Positions 1 to 12,289 of a stretch of DNA of 64,000 nt are shown here, piece after piece (position 1 is the first letter of the stretch; every line of letters starts with the position of its first letter). The notes under the pieces are model-generated. The model was given only the letters and a program-made list of their open reading frames with translations. It was not told the origin of the DNA and did not search any database. A program made the translations under genes and the position numbers. The DNA is from Macrostomum lignano (Eukaryota), in NCBI GenBank assembly GCA_002269645.1, contig NIVC01002290.1, positions 1 through 64,000 of the forward strand. Reading direction: 5' to 3'.

Positions 1-345
1 GCCCCCAATCCTTCAGCTGCCCCCCAATCCTTCAGCTGCCCCCCAATCCTTCAGCTGCCCCCCAATCCTTCAGCTGCCTCCCAATCCTTCAGCTGCCCCC
101 AATCCTTCAGCTGCGCCCCCAATCCTTCAGCTGCCCCCCAATCCTTCAGCTGCCCCCCAATCCTTCCAGCTGCCCCAATCCTTCAGCTGCCCCCCAATCC
201 TTCAGCTGCCCCCCCAATCCTTCAGCTGCCTCCCAATCCTTCAGCGCCCCCCAATCCTTCAGCTGCCCCAATCCTTCAGCTGCCCCCCAATCCTTCAGCG
301 CCCCCCCAATCCTTCAGCTGCCCCAATCCTTCAGCTGCCCCAACA
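1..345. repeat. Minisatellite, ~19-20 bp unit CCCCC(C)AATCCTTCAGCTG
   Basis: Direct tandem copies from the window start, varying in C-run length; the array continues off the left edge. Confidence 0.97.
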
Positions 346-351
346 CATCCT

Positions 352-800
352 TCAGCCGTCCGTTCCCCAATCCTCCAAGAGGCCTCCATGCTTTCTAAGA
401 AACGAGACTTGAAAGCCTCCGATTATACAGTGTGGTAAATTTTTGTAGGGTCCAACTCGCAATTGAAGATATAATTTTGCAATTTTTCTGTGTTTTTTGG
501 TTTGGCAAAACGACCTTTTAAAATTGGTTTCGTTTATTACTTTTTTGTATAGCGTTAACTTGCTTTTAGAAGGCATCTGTTCTGCAATCTGTTTTTGCTT
601 GGAAATCTGCTTCTCTTTCTTGCGCAAGCAGACTTTAGAAAGTTTTGTATTATATCTTGCTTTCCTTTTGTTGCCGGCTTTGCTCCAGAACGCCACCCAT
701 TTTTCATCTTGCTCGACTCTGTTTTGGCTTTCTATTTGATTCGCTGTAGAAATGTGACCATTAACATAAAATTATTATTTTAACTGCATGGTTCCGCCAT
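352..800 (-). CDS. Putative 5' exons of a lysine-rich protein of unrecognised family, divergent from DNMBP
   Basis: ATG at 800 in good context (caacaATGG). Exon 800-785, then a 41-nt GT-AG intron 784-744 with matching phase 1, then an open frame 743-352 (MAEPCT|NQIESQNRVEQDEKWVAFWSK...). No family recognised; the true 3' donor is uncertain. Confidence 0.4.
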
Positions 801-824
801 TGTTGCTTTCTTCTTTGTAACAAT

Positions 825-1265
825 AGATCATGGGGATGGGTATTTAGCATCGGGGATCGTGGGGATGGGTATTTAGCATCGGGGATCATATGGGATGGGG
901 ATTTAGCATCGGGGATCATGGGATGGGTATTTAGCATCGGGGATCATATGGGATGGGGATTTAGCATCGGGGATCATAGAGATAGGGATTTAGCATCGGA
1001 GATCATATGGGATGGGGATTTAGCATCGGGGATCATATGGCTGATGGGGATTTAGCATCGGGGATCATGGGGATGGGGATTTAGCATCAAGGATCATATG
1101 GGATGGGATTTAGCATCGGGGATCATATGGGATGGGATTTAGCATCGGGAATCATATGGGATAGGGATTTAGTTAGCATTGGGATCATGGGGATGGGATT
1201 TAGAATCAAGGATCATATGGGATGGGGATTTAGCATCGGGGATCATATGGGATGGGGATTTGGCG
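825..1265. repeat. Minisatellite, ~30 bp unit GGGATGGGGATTTAGCATCGGGGATCATAT
   Basis: Tandem copies lying between the two divergent start codons. Confidence 0.95.
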
Positions 1266-1444
1266 TGTCAGAATCGGTATGGGATGAAATATATATTAGA
1301 CTAAGATAGCCTAACCCATTAGCCGCATAAGGCAAATAATGGAAGCGCAAAGCACTCTCACAACCCCCCTCCCATAACCGCCGGGCACCCCGCAGCGCAA
1401 GCGGCACCAGCCAACTGAGGCACGCCCTCCCAGCCGCCCCAACG

Positions 1445-4400
1445 ATGCCGCGTCTCTACGTGGCCTCGCACGCGTTCGCGCCGGACAGGCCGGACGAGGA
1501 TCTCGAGCTGCGACCCGGCGACTGCGTGGCGCTTCTTGACCGCCTGCCCGGATGCGATTGGGGCCGCGGAGTGTCGCTTGCCACCGAGGCTGAGGGCATT
1601 TTCCCCATGAATTTTGCTGCCGAACTGCCGGGTGGCCAGCTTAACATTGGTATGAGCTTTTTTCTGCTTCTGTTTTCCTTTGTCGTGTAGGCTGTCAGGT
1701 GGGGACGGTGTCAGAGGTGTAGGCTGTCAAGTGAGGACAGTGTCAGTTATAGGCTGTCAGGTGGGGGACAGTGTCAGTTATAGGCTGTCAGGTGGGGACA
1801 GTGTCAGTTATTAGCTGTCAGGTGGGGACAGTGTCAGGTATAGGCTGTCAGGTGGGGAACAGTGTCAGAGGTGTAGGCTGTCAAGTGAGGACAGTGTCAG
1901 GTGTAGGCTGTCAGGTGGGGGACAGTGTCAGTTATAGGCTGTCAGGTGGGGATAGTGTCAGGTATAGGCTGTCAGGTGGGGGACAGTGTCAGTTATAGGC
2001 TGTCAGGTGGGGACAGTGTCAGGTATAGGCTGTCAGGTTGGGGACAGTGTCAGTTATAGGCTGTCAGGTGGGGGACAGTGTCAGTTATAGGCTGTCAGGT
2101 GGGGACAGTGTCAGGTAAAGGCTGTCGGGTTGGGGACAGTCTCAAGTGTAGGCTGTCAGGTCGGGGACAGTGTCAATTATTAGCTGTCAGGTGGGGACAG
2201 TGTCAGGTATAGGCTGTCAGGTGGGGAACAGTGTCAGAGGTGTAGGCTGTCGGGTTGGGGACAGGCTCAGGTGTAGGCTGTCAGGTTGGGGACAGTGTCA
2301 GTTATTAGCTGTCAGGTGGGGACAGTGTCAGGTATAGGCTGTCAGGTTGGGGACAGTGTCAGTTATAGGCTGTCAGGTTGGGGACAGTGTCAGTTATAGG
2401 CTGTCAGGTGGGGGACAGTGTCAGGTGTAGGCTGTCGGGTTGGGGACAGTGTCAGGTGTAGGCTGTCGGGTTGGGGACAGTGTCAGGTATAGGCTGTCAG
2501 GTTGCGGACAGTGTCAAGTGTTGGCTGTCAGGTTGGTGACAGTCTCAGGTGTAGGCTGTCGGGTTAGGGACAGTGTCAGAGGTGTAGGCTGTCAGGTTGG
2601 GAACAGTGTCAGGTGTTGGCTGTCGGGTTGGGGACAGCTTGTCAGGTGTTGGCTGTCAGGTTGGGGACAGCTTGTCAGGTGTTGGCTGTCAGGTTGGGGA
2701 CAGTTTCAAGTGTTGGCAGTCAGTTTGGGGACAGTGTCAGGTGTAGGCTGTCGGGTTGGGGACAGTGTCAGGTATAGGCTGTCAGGTTGCGGACAGTGTC
2801 AAGTGTTGGCTGTCAGGTTGGTGACAGTCTCAGGTGTAGGCTGTCGGGTTAGGGACAGTGTCAGAGGTGTAGGCTGTCAGGTTGGGAACAGTGTCAGGTG
2901 TTGGCTGTCGGGTTGGGGACAGCTTGTCAGGTGTTGGCTGTCAGGTTGGGGACAGCTTGTCAGGTGTTGGCTGTCAGGTTGGGGACAGTTTCAAGTGTTG
3001 GCAGTCAGTTTGGGGACAGTGTCAGGTGTAGGCTGTCGGGTTGGGGACAGTGTCAGGTATAGGCTGTCAGGTTGCGGACAGTGTCAAGTGTTGGCTGTCA
3101 GGTTGGTGACAGTCTCAGGTGTAGGCTGTCGGGTTAGGGACAGTGTCAGAGGTGTAGGCTGTCAGGTTGGGAACAGTGTCAGGTGTTGGCTGTCGGGTTG
3201 GGGACAGCTTGTCAGGTGTTGGCTGTCAGGTTGGGGACAGCTTGTCAGGTGTTGGCTGTCAGGTTGGGGACAGTTTCAAGTGTTGGCAGTCAGTTTGGGG
3301 ACAGTGTCAGGTGTAGGCTGTCGGGTTGGGGACAGTGTCAGGTGCAGGCTGTCGGGTTGGGGACAGTGTCAGGTGTTGGCTGTCAGGTTGGGGACAGTGT
3401 CAGGTATAGGCTGTCGGGTTGGGGACAGCTTGTCAGGTGTTGGCTGTCAGGTTGGGGACAGTGTCAGGTGTAGGCTGTCGGGTTGGGGACAGCTTGTCAG
3501 GTGTAGGCTGTCAGGTTGGGGACAGTGTCAGGTGTTGGCTGTCAGGTTGGGGATAGTGTCAAGTGTAGGCTGTCAGGTTGGGGACAGTGTCAGGTGTAGG
3601 CTGTCGGGTTGGGGACAGTGTCAGGTGTAGGCTGTCGGGTTGGGGACAGTCTCAGGTGTAGGCTGTCAGGTTGGGGACAGTGTCAGGTGTAGGCTGTCGG
3701 GTTGGGGACAGTGTCAGGTGTAGGCTGTCGGGTTGGGGACAGTGTCAGGTGTAGGCTGTCGGGTTGGGGACAGTCTCAGGTGTAGGCTGTCAGGTTGGGG
3801 ACAGTGTCAGGTGTAGGCTGTCGGGTTGGGGACAGTGTCAGGTGTAGGCTGTCGGGTTGGGGACAGTGTCAGGTGTAGGCTGTCAGGTTAGGGACAGTGT
3901 CAGGTGTTGGCTGTCGGGTTGGGGACAGTGTCAGGTGTTGGCTGTCGGGTTGGGGACAGCTTGTCAGGTGTAGGCTGTCAGGTTGGGGACAGTGTCAGGT
4001 GTAGGCTGTCGGGTTGGGGACAGTGTCAGGTGTAGGCTGTCAGGTTGAGGACAGTGTCAGGGGTAGGCTGTCGGGTTGGGGACAGTGTCAGGTGTAGGCT
4101 GTCGGGTTGGGGACAGTGTCAGGGGTAGGCTGTCGGGTTGGGGACAGTGTCAGGGGTAGGCTGTCGGGTTGGGGACAGTGTCAGGTGTAGGCTGTCAGGT
4201 TAGGGACAGTGTCAGGTGTTGGCTGTCGGGTTGGGGACAGTGTCAGGTGTTGGCTGTCGGGTTGGGGACAGCTTGTCAGGTGTAGGCTGTCAGGTTGGGG
4301 ACAGTGTCAGGTGTAGGCTGTCGGGTTGGGGACGGTGTCAGAGGTGTAGGCTGTCGGGTTGGGGACAGTGTCAGGTGTAGGCTGTCGGGTTGGGGACAGT

Positions 4401-7400
4401 GTCAGGTGTAGGCTGTCGGGTTGGGGACAGTGTCAGGGGTAGGCTGTCGGGTTGGGGACAGTGTCAGGTGTAGGCTGTCGGGTTGGGGACAGTGTCAGGT
4501 GTAGGCTGTCAGGTTGAGGACAGTGTCAGGTGTAGGCTGTCGGGTTGGGGACAGTGTCAGGGTAGGCTGTCGGGTTGGGGACAGTGTCAGGGGTAGGCTG
4601 TCGGGTTGGGGACAGTGTCAGGGGTAGGCTGTCGGGTTGGGGACAGTGTCAGGGGTAGGCTGTCGGGTTGGGGACAGTGTCAGGGGTAGGCTGTCGGGTT
4701 GGGGACAGTGTCAGGGGTAGGCTGTCGGGTTGGGGACAGTGTCAGGTGTAGGCTGTCGGGTTGGGGACAGTGTCAGGTGTAGGCTGTCGGGTTGGGGACA
4801 GTGTCAGGGGTGCAGTGCGCAGGCTGTCAGACTGTCAGATGTCAGCTACCTGTTGCATCTCCACCGTCAGGCTCGGGCCAGCGTCTGTACCGGTGCGGCT
4901 ACAGCTTCCCTGCTGATGCAGCCGGAGACTTAGCAATGTCACCCGGTGACGTCATTCTCGGCCTTGAGGCCATCGACTCCAACTGGTGGCTGGGCCGCCG
5001 CCTGTGCCCCGTGCAGCGGAATGGCCGCTCTGACCCTCCGACCGGAGCCTTCCCGCTGACCCACGTGAAAGACGTGACCCACCTGGTCAAGCCGGAGATG
5101 GATAGCGCTGATGAAGCATCCAGCAGTCTTCGTGTTGACCAGCCTCGCCAAGCCGTCGCCACCAAATCCGTGGCGGCTGCTCACATCGGCGGCGAGCTGA
5201 GCTTCAATCAGGGCGACAGGCTGATTGTCACTCGTCGAATCGATGAAGTCTTCCTTGAAGGCTACTGCGGTGACAGGTTCGGCATGTTTCCGGCCGACTA
5301 CGTGCGCTTCTTGGACGAGACGGACCAGACGGTTGACAGATTCGATTGCAGCAACGCTGACGAGAGCGCGGCGGCGGTCGGAGGCGGCGCAGGCTTTGCG
5401 GAGGAGGCGACAATGGCGCAGGAGACTTCAAAGCTGCATAGTGGCTACACTCGGAGCGGGTCTCAGGTGAGCGGCGAACTTGTACCTGATTGATTCTGTA
5501 CCAGATGGAGTCTGTACTCGACTTGATTCTGTACCAGATGGAGTCTGTACTCAACTTGATTCTGTACCAGATGGAGTCTGTACTCAACTTGATTCTGTAC
5601 CAGATGGAGTCTGTACTCAACTTGATTCTGTACCAGATCGAGTCTGTACTCGACTTGATTCTGTACCAGATGGAGTCTGTACTCAACTTGATTCTGTACC
5701 AGATCGAGTCTGTAATCGACTTGATTCTGTACCAGATGGAGACTGTACTCGACTTGATTCTGTACTCAACTTGATTCTGTACTCGACTTGATTCTGTGCC
5801 AGATCGAGTCTGTACTCAACTTGATTCTGTACCAGATCGAGTCTGTAATCGACTTGATTCTGTACCAGATGGAGTCTGTACTCAACTTGATTCTGTACCA
5901 GATGGAGTCTGTACTCAACTTGATTCTGTACCAGATCGAGTCTGTACTCAACTTGATTCTGTACCAGATGGAGTCTGTACTCAACTTGATTCTGTACCAG
6001 ATGGAGTCTACTCAACTTGATTCTGTAACACATGGAGACTGTACTCGACTTGATTCTGTACTCGACTTGATTCTGTACTCGACTTGATTCTGTGCCAGAT
6101 CGAGTCTGTACTCAACTTGATTCTGTACCAGATCGAGTCTGTAATCGACTTGATTCTGTACCAGATGGAGTCTGTACTCAACTTGATTCTGTACTCGACT
6201 TGATTCTGTACTCGACTTGATTCTGTGCCAGATCGAGTCTGTACTCAACTTGATTCTGTACCAGATCGAGTCTGTAATCGACTTGATTCTGTACCAGATG
6301 GAGTCTGTACTCAACTTGATTCTGTACTCGACTTGATTCTGTACTCGACTTGATTCTGTGCTAGATCGAGTCTGTACTCAACTTGATTCTGTACCAGATC
6401 GAGTCTGTAATCGACTTGATTCTGTACCAGATCGAGTCTGTACTCAACTTTAGTCTGTACCAGATCGAGTCTGTACTCAACTTGAGTCTGTACCAGATCG
6501 AGTCTGTACTCAACTTGATTCTGTACCAGATCGAACACCCTCGCCTAACTCCGTTCTCCGCCAATGCCGCAGCCACAGCCCACTCTCTACGAGCAGGAGC
6601 TGCAGTCCTACGGCCAGGTTAAATACCCGTTCGTTGCCCAGGAGACGGGCGAACTCACGGTCATGCCCGACACCATAGTGTACCTGCTGGGCCATCAGGA
6701 TCACGAGTGGACCTACTGCATGGTTGACAGCGACTACGGGCCTCAACGCGGCCTGGTACCCACCGCATACATCGACATCATTGTTGACTGCGACCACGGC
6801 GCCCGGACGCTGATGTCCGAGCCACAGCCACCCCTGGCCAAGTTGTCCGAGTCTGCTTCCGCTTTGGTTGAAGAAGAAGATGCCGCCAGACGCGAGCCGG
6901 CCTTCCATTTGAGCAGCCTGGACTCCAAGGAGGCAAAGAGGCTCAGCCTGGACCAGGCCATCAGCGCCGAGCTGTCCCTGGCCAAGGCGTCCGGCGCCGA
7001 GCGAGTTCGCGCTCTACCTGACAGCGACAAGGCCGCCATGGCGCTGCGGCTGATGGCTCAGACCGAGAATCTGTTGCTGCAGTCCTCAGCTGCTCAGCAG
7101 GCGAGCCTGCCTCCGCCGTTGCCGCTTCCGCCAGTGCAGCCGCCACCCGTTCCGCCGCCTCCGCTCCCTCGCCAGCCGCCGCCGATGCCGCCGTTGCCTC
7201 TGCCGCCGCCGCTGCCGCCCGCCGTCAGTCCGTCCCGCGTGGCGCCTTCGGTGCCGCCGAAGCCATCCGACTCTTTGGTGCGCTCGCGGCTCGGCAGCTC
7301 CGACGCAGCGGCTGCGGTCGCAGTCACCGAGGATCAGATCGTGCGCGACCTTCGAAGCCGAATCAACAGCCTCGACAAGCAGGGCGAAGACCGCGAAGCG

Positions 7401-10400
7401 TCCGCCACCGCTGCTGCAACCGCCGCCGCCGCCGCCAACGTCGCCTTGAAGGACGGCGGCGCCGGAGGCTCCGGCGAGCGGGCCTACCTAACCGACATCC
7501 TGGCCGGCCTCGAGCCGACGCCGGTCGACGCCGTCAGCGAGGAGGCTGCCAAGCGCCGCCGCCGCTGGACTCACGTGTTCAACGAGCTGACTGCCACCGA
7601 GCGGGCCTTCAACTCGGACATGACCGCCCTGGCCGAGGCCTTCCTCCGCCAGCCTGGCGCCGCCGACCGGCCGGCCGGTTTCCCAGCCGAGTCCCTGTTC
7701 GCCCACCTGGAAGAGGTGGAGGCAGTGTCGGCCGGCCTCCTGTCCGACTGGGAGCGGCAGCCGGCTGACCCGGGTGCGGCTCTGCTGCGCCGCCAGGCTG
7801 AGCTGGAGTCGGCCTACTCCGGCTACTGCGGCAGGCAGAGGGAGTCGCTGGAGCTGGCAACCCGCCTGTCCGGCCATCCGCAGTTCGGCCCCTACATGTC
7901 GGCCAAGGCGGCCAAGCTGATGCCCAACAGCCGGTTCGACCTGAGCGCCCTGCTGATCAAGCCAGTCCAGCGGGTCACCAAATACCCGCTGCTGCTGAAC
8001 GATCTGGTGCAGTCTGCCGAGCCCGGCTCCGCCGAAGCGGACAATCTGGTTGCCGCTTTCCAGCTAGTGAAGAGTCTGGTGCACCACATCAACGAGTCGC
8101 AGCGCACCAGGGAGCTGCTCAATCGGTATCTGTATAGTAATAGGCGAGGCGGCGGCGGCGGCGGCGACGGCGCCGGAGGCCAAAACGACAGCGGCGAGAG
8201 CGGCTGGCGGCTGTCGCACGCGCTGACAAAGAAGAGCGGCCGACTGTCACAGATGATCAGCGCCGGCCTGGGGCTGGCGGAGAGCACGCAGGACGAAGAG
8301 TTGGAACGGTGCGTGGCCAATTTTAAACAGTGCAAACGCTGCGTCCGAGTGCTGCTGGATCGGTGCGAAGCTCTGGGTGCGGCGATGCGGCACAGCCTCA
8401 CTGATCTGGTGGGTCTGGCGCAGAGCCTCTGGGCGTTCAGCTCTGAGTGCGGCGGGCTGGAGCAGGCCAATCAGGTAAGTTGGGATTCCACTTTATATAT
8501 TTACATTACTTTAAAATCCTATTATCCCATGCTGAAATCCCAGTATCCCATACTGAAATCCCATTATCCCATGCTGAAATCCCAGTATCCCATACTAAAA
8601 TCCTATATCCCATGCTGAAATCCCAGTATCCCATGCTGAAATCCCAGTATCCCATACTGAAATCCCATTATCCCATGCTGAAATACCAGTATCCCATATT
8701 GAAATCCTATTATCCCATACTGAAATCCTATTGTCGCGACTTTCCTATTCATTTCTTAGTTCACCTTCACTTGTCTCTGTTTACTCTGTTTTCTCTCTCT
8801 CTGTCTAGCCCAATCTTGTTTTTCTTATCTCTCTCTCCCTTGCTGCCTTCTGATTGGCTCTCCATTCTCACCTCTCTCTTTAGTCGCGCACTCCACCCCT
8901 CTCTTTATTATCTTCAATTCAAAACCCCCTGCAATTTAATGTCATATAAATATACTGGTTTGGGCCCTGCGCCCACTTACTGGTTCCTCTTAGTATTCAA
9001 TATATCATCTAATTTAGTTCTAGTGTTTTTAGTCTTATTTGCTCTACACCTATATCCCAAACCGAAATCCCATATCCCATACTGAAATCCTATATCCCAT
9101 TCTGAAATCCCAGTATCCCATATTGAAATCCCATATCTCATACTGAAATCCCATATCCCATACCGAAATCCCATATCCCATACTGAAATACCATATCCCA
9201 TACTGAAATCCCATATCTCATACTCAAATCCCATATCCCATACTGAAATCCCATATCCCATACTCAAATCCTATATCCCATTCTGAAATCCCAGTATCCC
9301 ATATTGAAATCCCATATCTCATACTGAAATCCCATATCCCATACCGAAATCCCATATCCCATACTGAAATACCATATCCCATACTGAAATCCCATATCTC
9401 ATACTCAAATCCCATATCCCATACTGAAATCCCATATCCCATACTGAAATCGCGCGCATTATTCCATATTTAAATCCCAACTGCAGAATGTTGAAATCCC
9501 ATAGAGAAATTAGATAATCCCGTATTTGAATCGAATTCTCCGGTATTCAAATCCAATTCAATCGACTCCCAACCCCCCCTACCCTTATGACAGCTGCTGT
9601 CAGTGCAGCGGGCCCTGCTCCAGGACTACACTGGGCAGTGTCTGGCAGACTTGGACTCGGAAGTCCTGGCCCCGCTGAACGAGCTGCTAGGCTGCTACCG
9701 CGGCCCCGCTACCCTAATTATCAAGTGCAACAGCAAGCGGCTGGACTACGACAAGCTGCGCGGCCAGTCGGCCAAGAAGGCCGAGCTCACCGCCAGGGAG
9801 CGGGAGGACCTTGGCACCGCCGAGAGGACCTACGCGGCCCTGCGCGACCGCCTCAAAGAGGAGCTGCCGCAGCTGTGCCGCCTGTCCGTGACGTTTCTGC
9901 AGCACTCGCTAGCCAGGTTCGCCCGCCTACACCAGGGCTTCACTAGGCGCTCGCTTGACTCGCTGAATTCCGCTCCGCTGCCCGGCCTGGAGGCCACCTT
10001 CGCCGATAGGTGCGCAGCCGACTTGGCCGACGTCACCGACCGGCTGGCCGCGCTGAGAATCGCGCCCGACGGCTTCAGTCCGCGAGTAGCTGGCGGCGTT
10101 GGAGCAACTTGGACATCGGAGTCTGCGGTCGCTTCCGCGGCGGAGCCTGAACAGCAGCAGCAGCCTCAGACTCAGTCCACCACCATCTGGTACGTGGACC
10201 CGTTCCCGTTGTTGAACACGGAGCTCGAGCCGATGACAGCCGAGACGGCAGCTGCCGATACTCCGATTCCCGCTGCTCGGAGGCAGCCGTCGTCTGAGGT
10301 GAGTCCGCCTTCAGGTCCCTACTGAGCTCTCCGCTGCCTCCTTCAGGTCCCTACTGAGCTCTCCGCTGCTCATTCAGGTCCCTACTGAGCTCTCCGCTGC

Positions 10401-10940
10401 TCATTCAGGTCCCTACTGAGCTCTCCGCTGCTCATTCAGGTCCCTACTGAGCTCTCCGCTGCCTCCTTCAGGTCCCTACTGAGCTCTCCGCTGCTCATTC
10501 AGGTCCCTACTGAGCTCTCCGCTGCCTCCTTCAGGTCCCTACTGAGCTCTCCGCTGCTCATTCAGGTCCCTACTGAGCTCTCCGCTGCTCCTTCGGTCCC
10601 TCATTAGGCTCTCCGCTTCTCTCTTAGTAACTCCCTAAATTAGACTCCACAACCCCTGAAGTTCACCCTCACAAAAGCTTCATGTGTACGCTCGAACTAC
10701 AACTGCACCGCCATTTCCTTGCAGGCCTCTCAGCAGCAGCAGCCGGACCCCGTCGCCCGAGTTATTTACGCATTCTGCGGCCGGAATCCGAACGAGCTCA
10801 CCGTCGTGCCAGACGAGCTGGTCAGAGTGCGCGCCTTTTGCGACCAGTCGGGAAATTCAGACTGGTGGCTGGTGACCAAGACTGATGCGTCCGCTCTGAG
10901 CGGCTATGTTCCCGCTGCCTATGTTGCTAGGGAGGCCTGA
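1445..10940 (+). CDS. DNMBP: Dynamin-binding protein / Tuba-like RhoGEF (4xSH3-DH-BAR-SH3), 5 exons, ~1207 aa
   Basis: Exons 1445-1649, 4871-5466, 6573-8474, 9594-10298, 10725-10940; all GT-AG and phase-consistent, 3624 nt total. Four N-terminal SH3 domains, a Pro-rich linker, DH motifs (VFNELTATE; LLIKPVQRVTKYPLLL), a BAR region (KRLDYDK) and a C-terminal SH3 with CDQSGNSDWW. Branch-like CTAAC lies before exon 3. Confidence 0.9.
1685..4830. repeat. Intronic minisatellite, 31 bp unit GTAGGCTGTC(A/G)GGTTGGGGACAGTGTCAGGT, with a 285 bp higher-order repeat
   Basis: About 100 copies fill DNMBP intron 1. The marker variant gttgcggacag recurs at 2501, 2786 and 3071. Confidence 0.98.
5488..6532. 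repeat. Intronic minisatellite, 33 bp unit ACTTGATTCTGTACCAGATGGAGTCTGTACTCA
   Basis: Fills DNMBP intron 2 and produces the 11-aa repeats seen in the ORF track. Confidence 0.98.
8510..9450. repeat. Intronic minisatellite, 20 bp unit CCCATACTGAAATCCCATAT, interrupted by a solo LTR
   Basis: DNMBP intron 3; a unique island at 8732-9048 splits the array. Confidence 0.96.
8732..9048. mobile_element. Solo LTR (317 bp)
   Basis: Starts TG (tgtcgcg) and ends CA (ctctaca). A perfect 5-bp direct repeat CCTAT flanks it at 8727-8731 and 9049-9053. Internal TATAAATA. Confidence 0.75.
10308..10620. repeat. Intronic minisatellite, 31-32 bp unit TCAGGTCCCTACTGAGCTCTCCGCTGCTCAT
   Basis: DNMBP intron 4; starts ~10 nt after the donor. 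Confidence 0.96.
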
Positions 10941-10989
10941 GCATCCCACTGCTCAGGCTCCCTGTGCTCCTCTCTCATCTGCCTTTGCC

Positions 10990-11415
10990 CTCCCTGATAT
11001 AACTCCCTTCACCCTCCATAACTCCCTTCACCCTCCCTGATATAACTCCCTTCATCCTCTCTGATATAACTCCCTTCACCCTCCCTGATATAGCTCCCTT
11101 CACCCTCCATAACTCCCTTCACCCTCTGATATAACTCCCTTCATCCTCTCTGATATAGCTCCCTTCATCCTCTCTGATATAACTCCCTTCACCCTCCCTG
11201 ATAAACTCCCTTCACCCTCCATAACTCCCTTCACCCTCCCTGATATAACTCCATTCACCCTCCCTGATATAACTCCCTTCACCCTCCCTGATATAACTCC
11301 CTTCACCCTCCCTGATATAACTCCCTTCACCCTCCCTGATATAACTCCCTTCACCCTCCCTGATATAACTCCCTTCACCCTCCATAACTCCCTTCACCCT
11401 CCCTGATATAGTTCT
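10990..11415. repeat. Minisatellite, 24 bp unit CCCTCCCTGATATAACTCCCTTCA
   Basis: Begins ~50 nt after the DNMBP stop codon. Confidence 0.96.
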
Positions 11416-12289
11416 CTTCACCCGCCCTTCTCTCTTCCCTCCCTGATGAATGATTCAGTACATGATATTAGAACAATCTGATTAGATTTGGCGCCATTTG
11501 TTAATACTAATAGAATTACTAATACAATGATTTAACACCATTTATAATTGTCTTTCTATATTTTCTTATCTTTCTATCCGTTTCATATAAACGAGCATAA
11601 AATGATCAACTGTGCTGTTTAAACTAATATTCGGTCTGTCTGTTTGTATTGGATTTATTTTATGGTTCGATTCTATTAGTATACTGATTCTATATTAGGT
11701 GCTATGTTACATATTGTAGAACTGCAGGCTTCATTGTGAATGTTTATTGTTGTAGTTAATGCGACGTCAAGTTTTACGTATATCTAGCCATTTATCATTA
11801 GTTCAAGCTGCCTAATTTTTATCCCAGAATATTATTCTCGTGTAAACAAGGGAGTTAAGTCAGGTCTATTCAGACTTATAGAGCCACAATATTTAGGTTT
11901 TATCCTAAGAAGCGGAATTGCCATTTGGCAGCAGTAGATTTGGTCTAGCCCATAGACATGGATGGTAAAAGTGCAAGCAATTTTGATAATTCGGCCGTAG
12001 GCATTAGGGCATAAAAAGGATCTCCTAATTGATCTTGTTTGCCTTTTGCGATTGTTTTCTACTAGCTCGTGTAAGCTATCAATCTCTTTACTATTAATAA
12101 TTGTTTTCTGTGAGCATGCCGTACTTTTTACCTGGCATTAATCTATGCGCTACTATTGTTAGCCGCAAATTAGAGAATTCAGAAATAACTGCAAGAACCC
12201 TGATTTGAGCTAGCGGGCAATGCGAACCTGCTCAGTAGATTCGAGTTGATTAATTTCTCCTATTGTAACTGCATCTTGAACCTATTTAA

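Noticed and set aside
2440-3630. 396-aa Cys/Gly/Trp-rich ORF
   Set aside because: It lies within the DNMBP intron 1 array and is an artefact of the 285-bp higher-order repeat.
11488-11496. PBS-like TGGCGCC after DNMBP
   Set aside because: No adjacent LTR or retroelement coding sequence was found.
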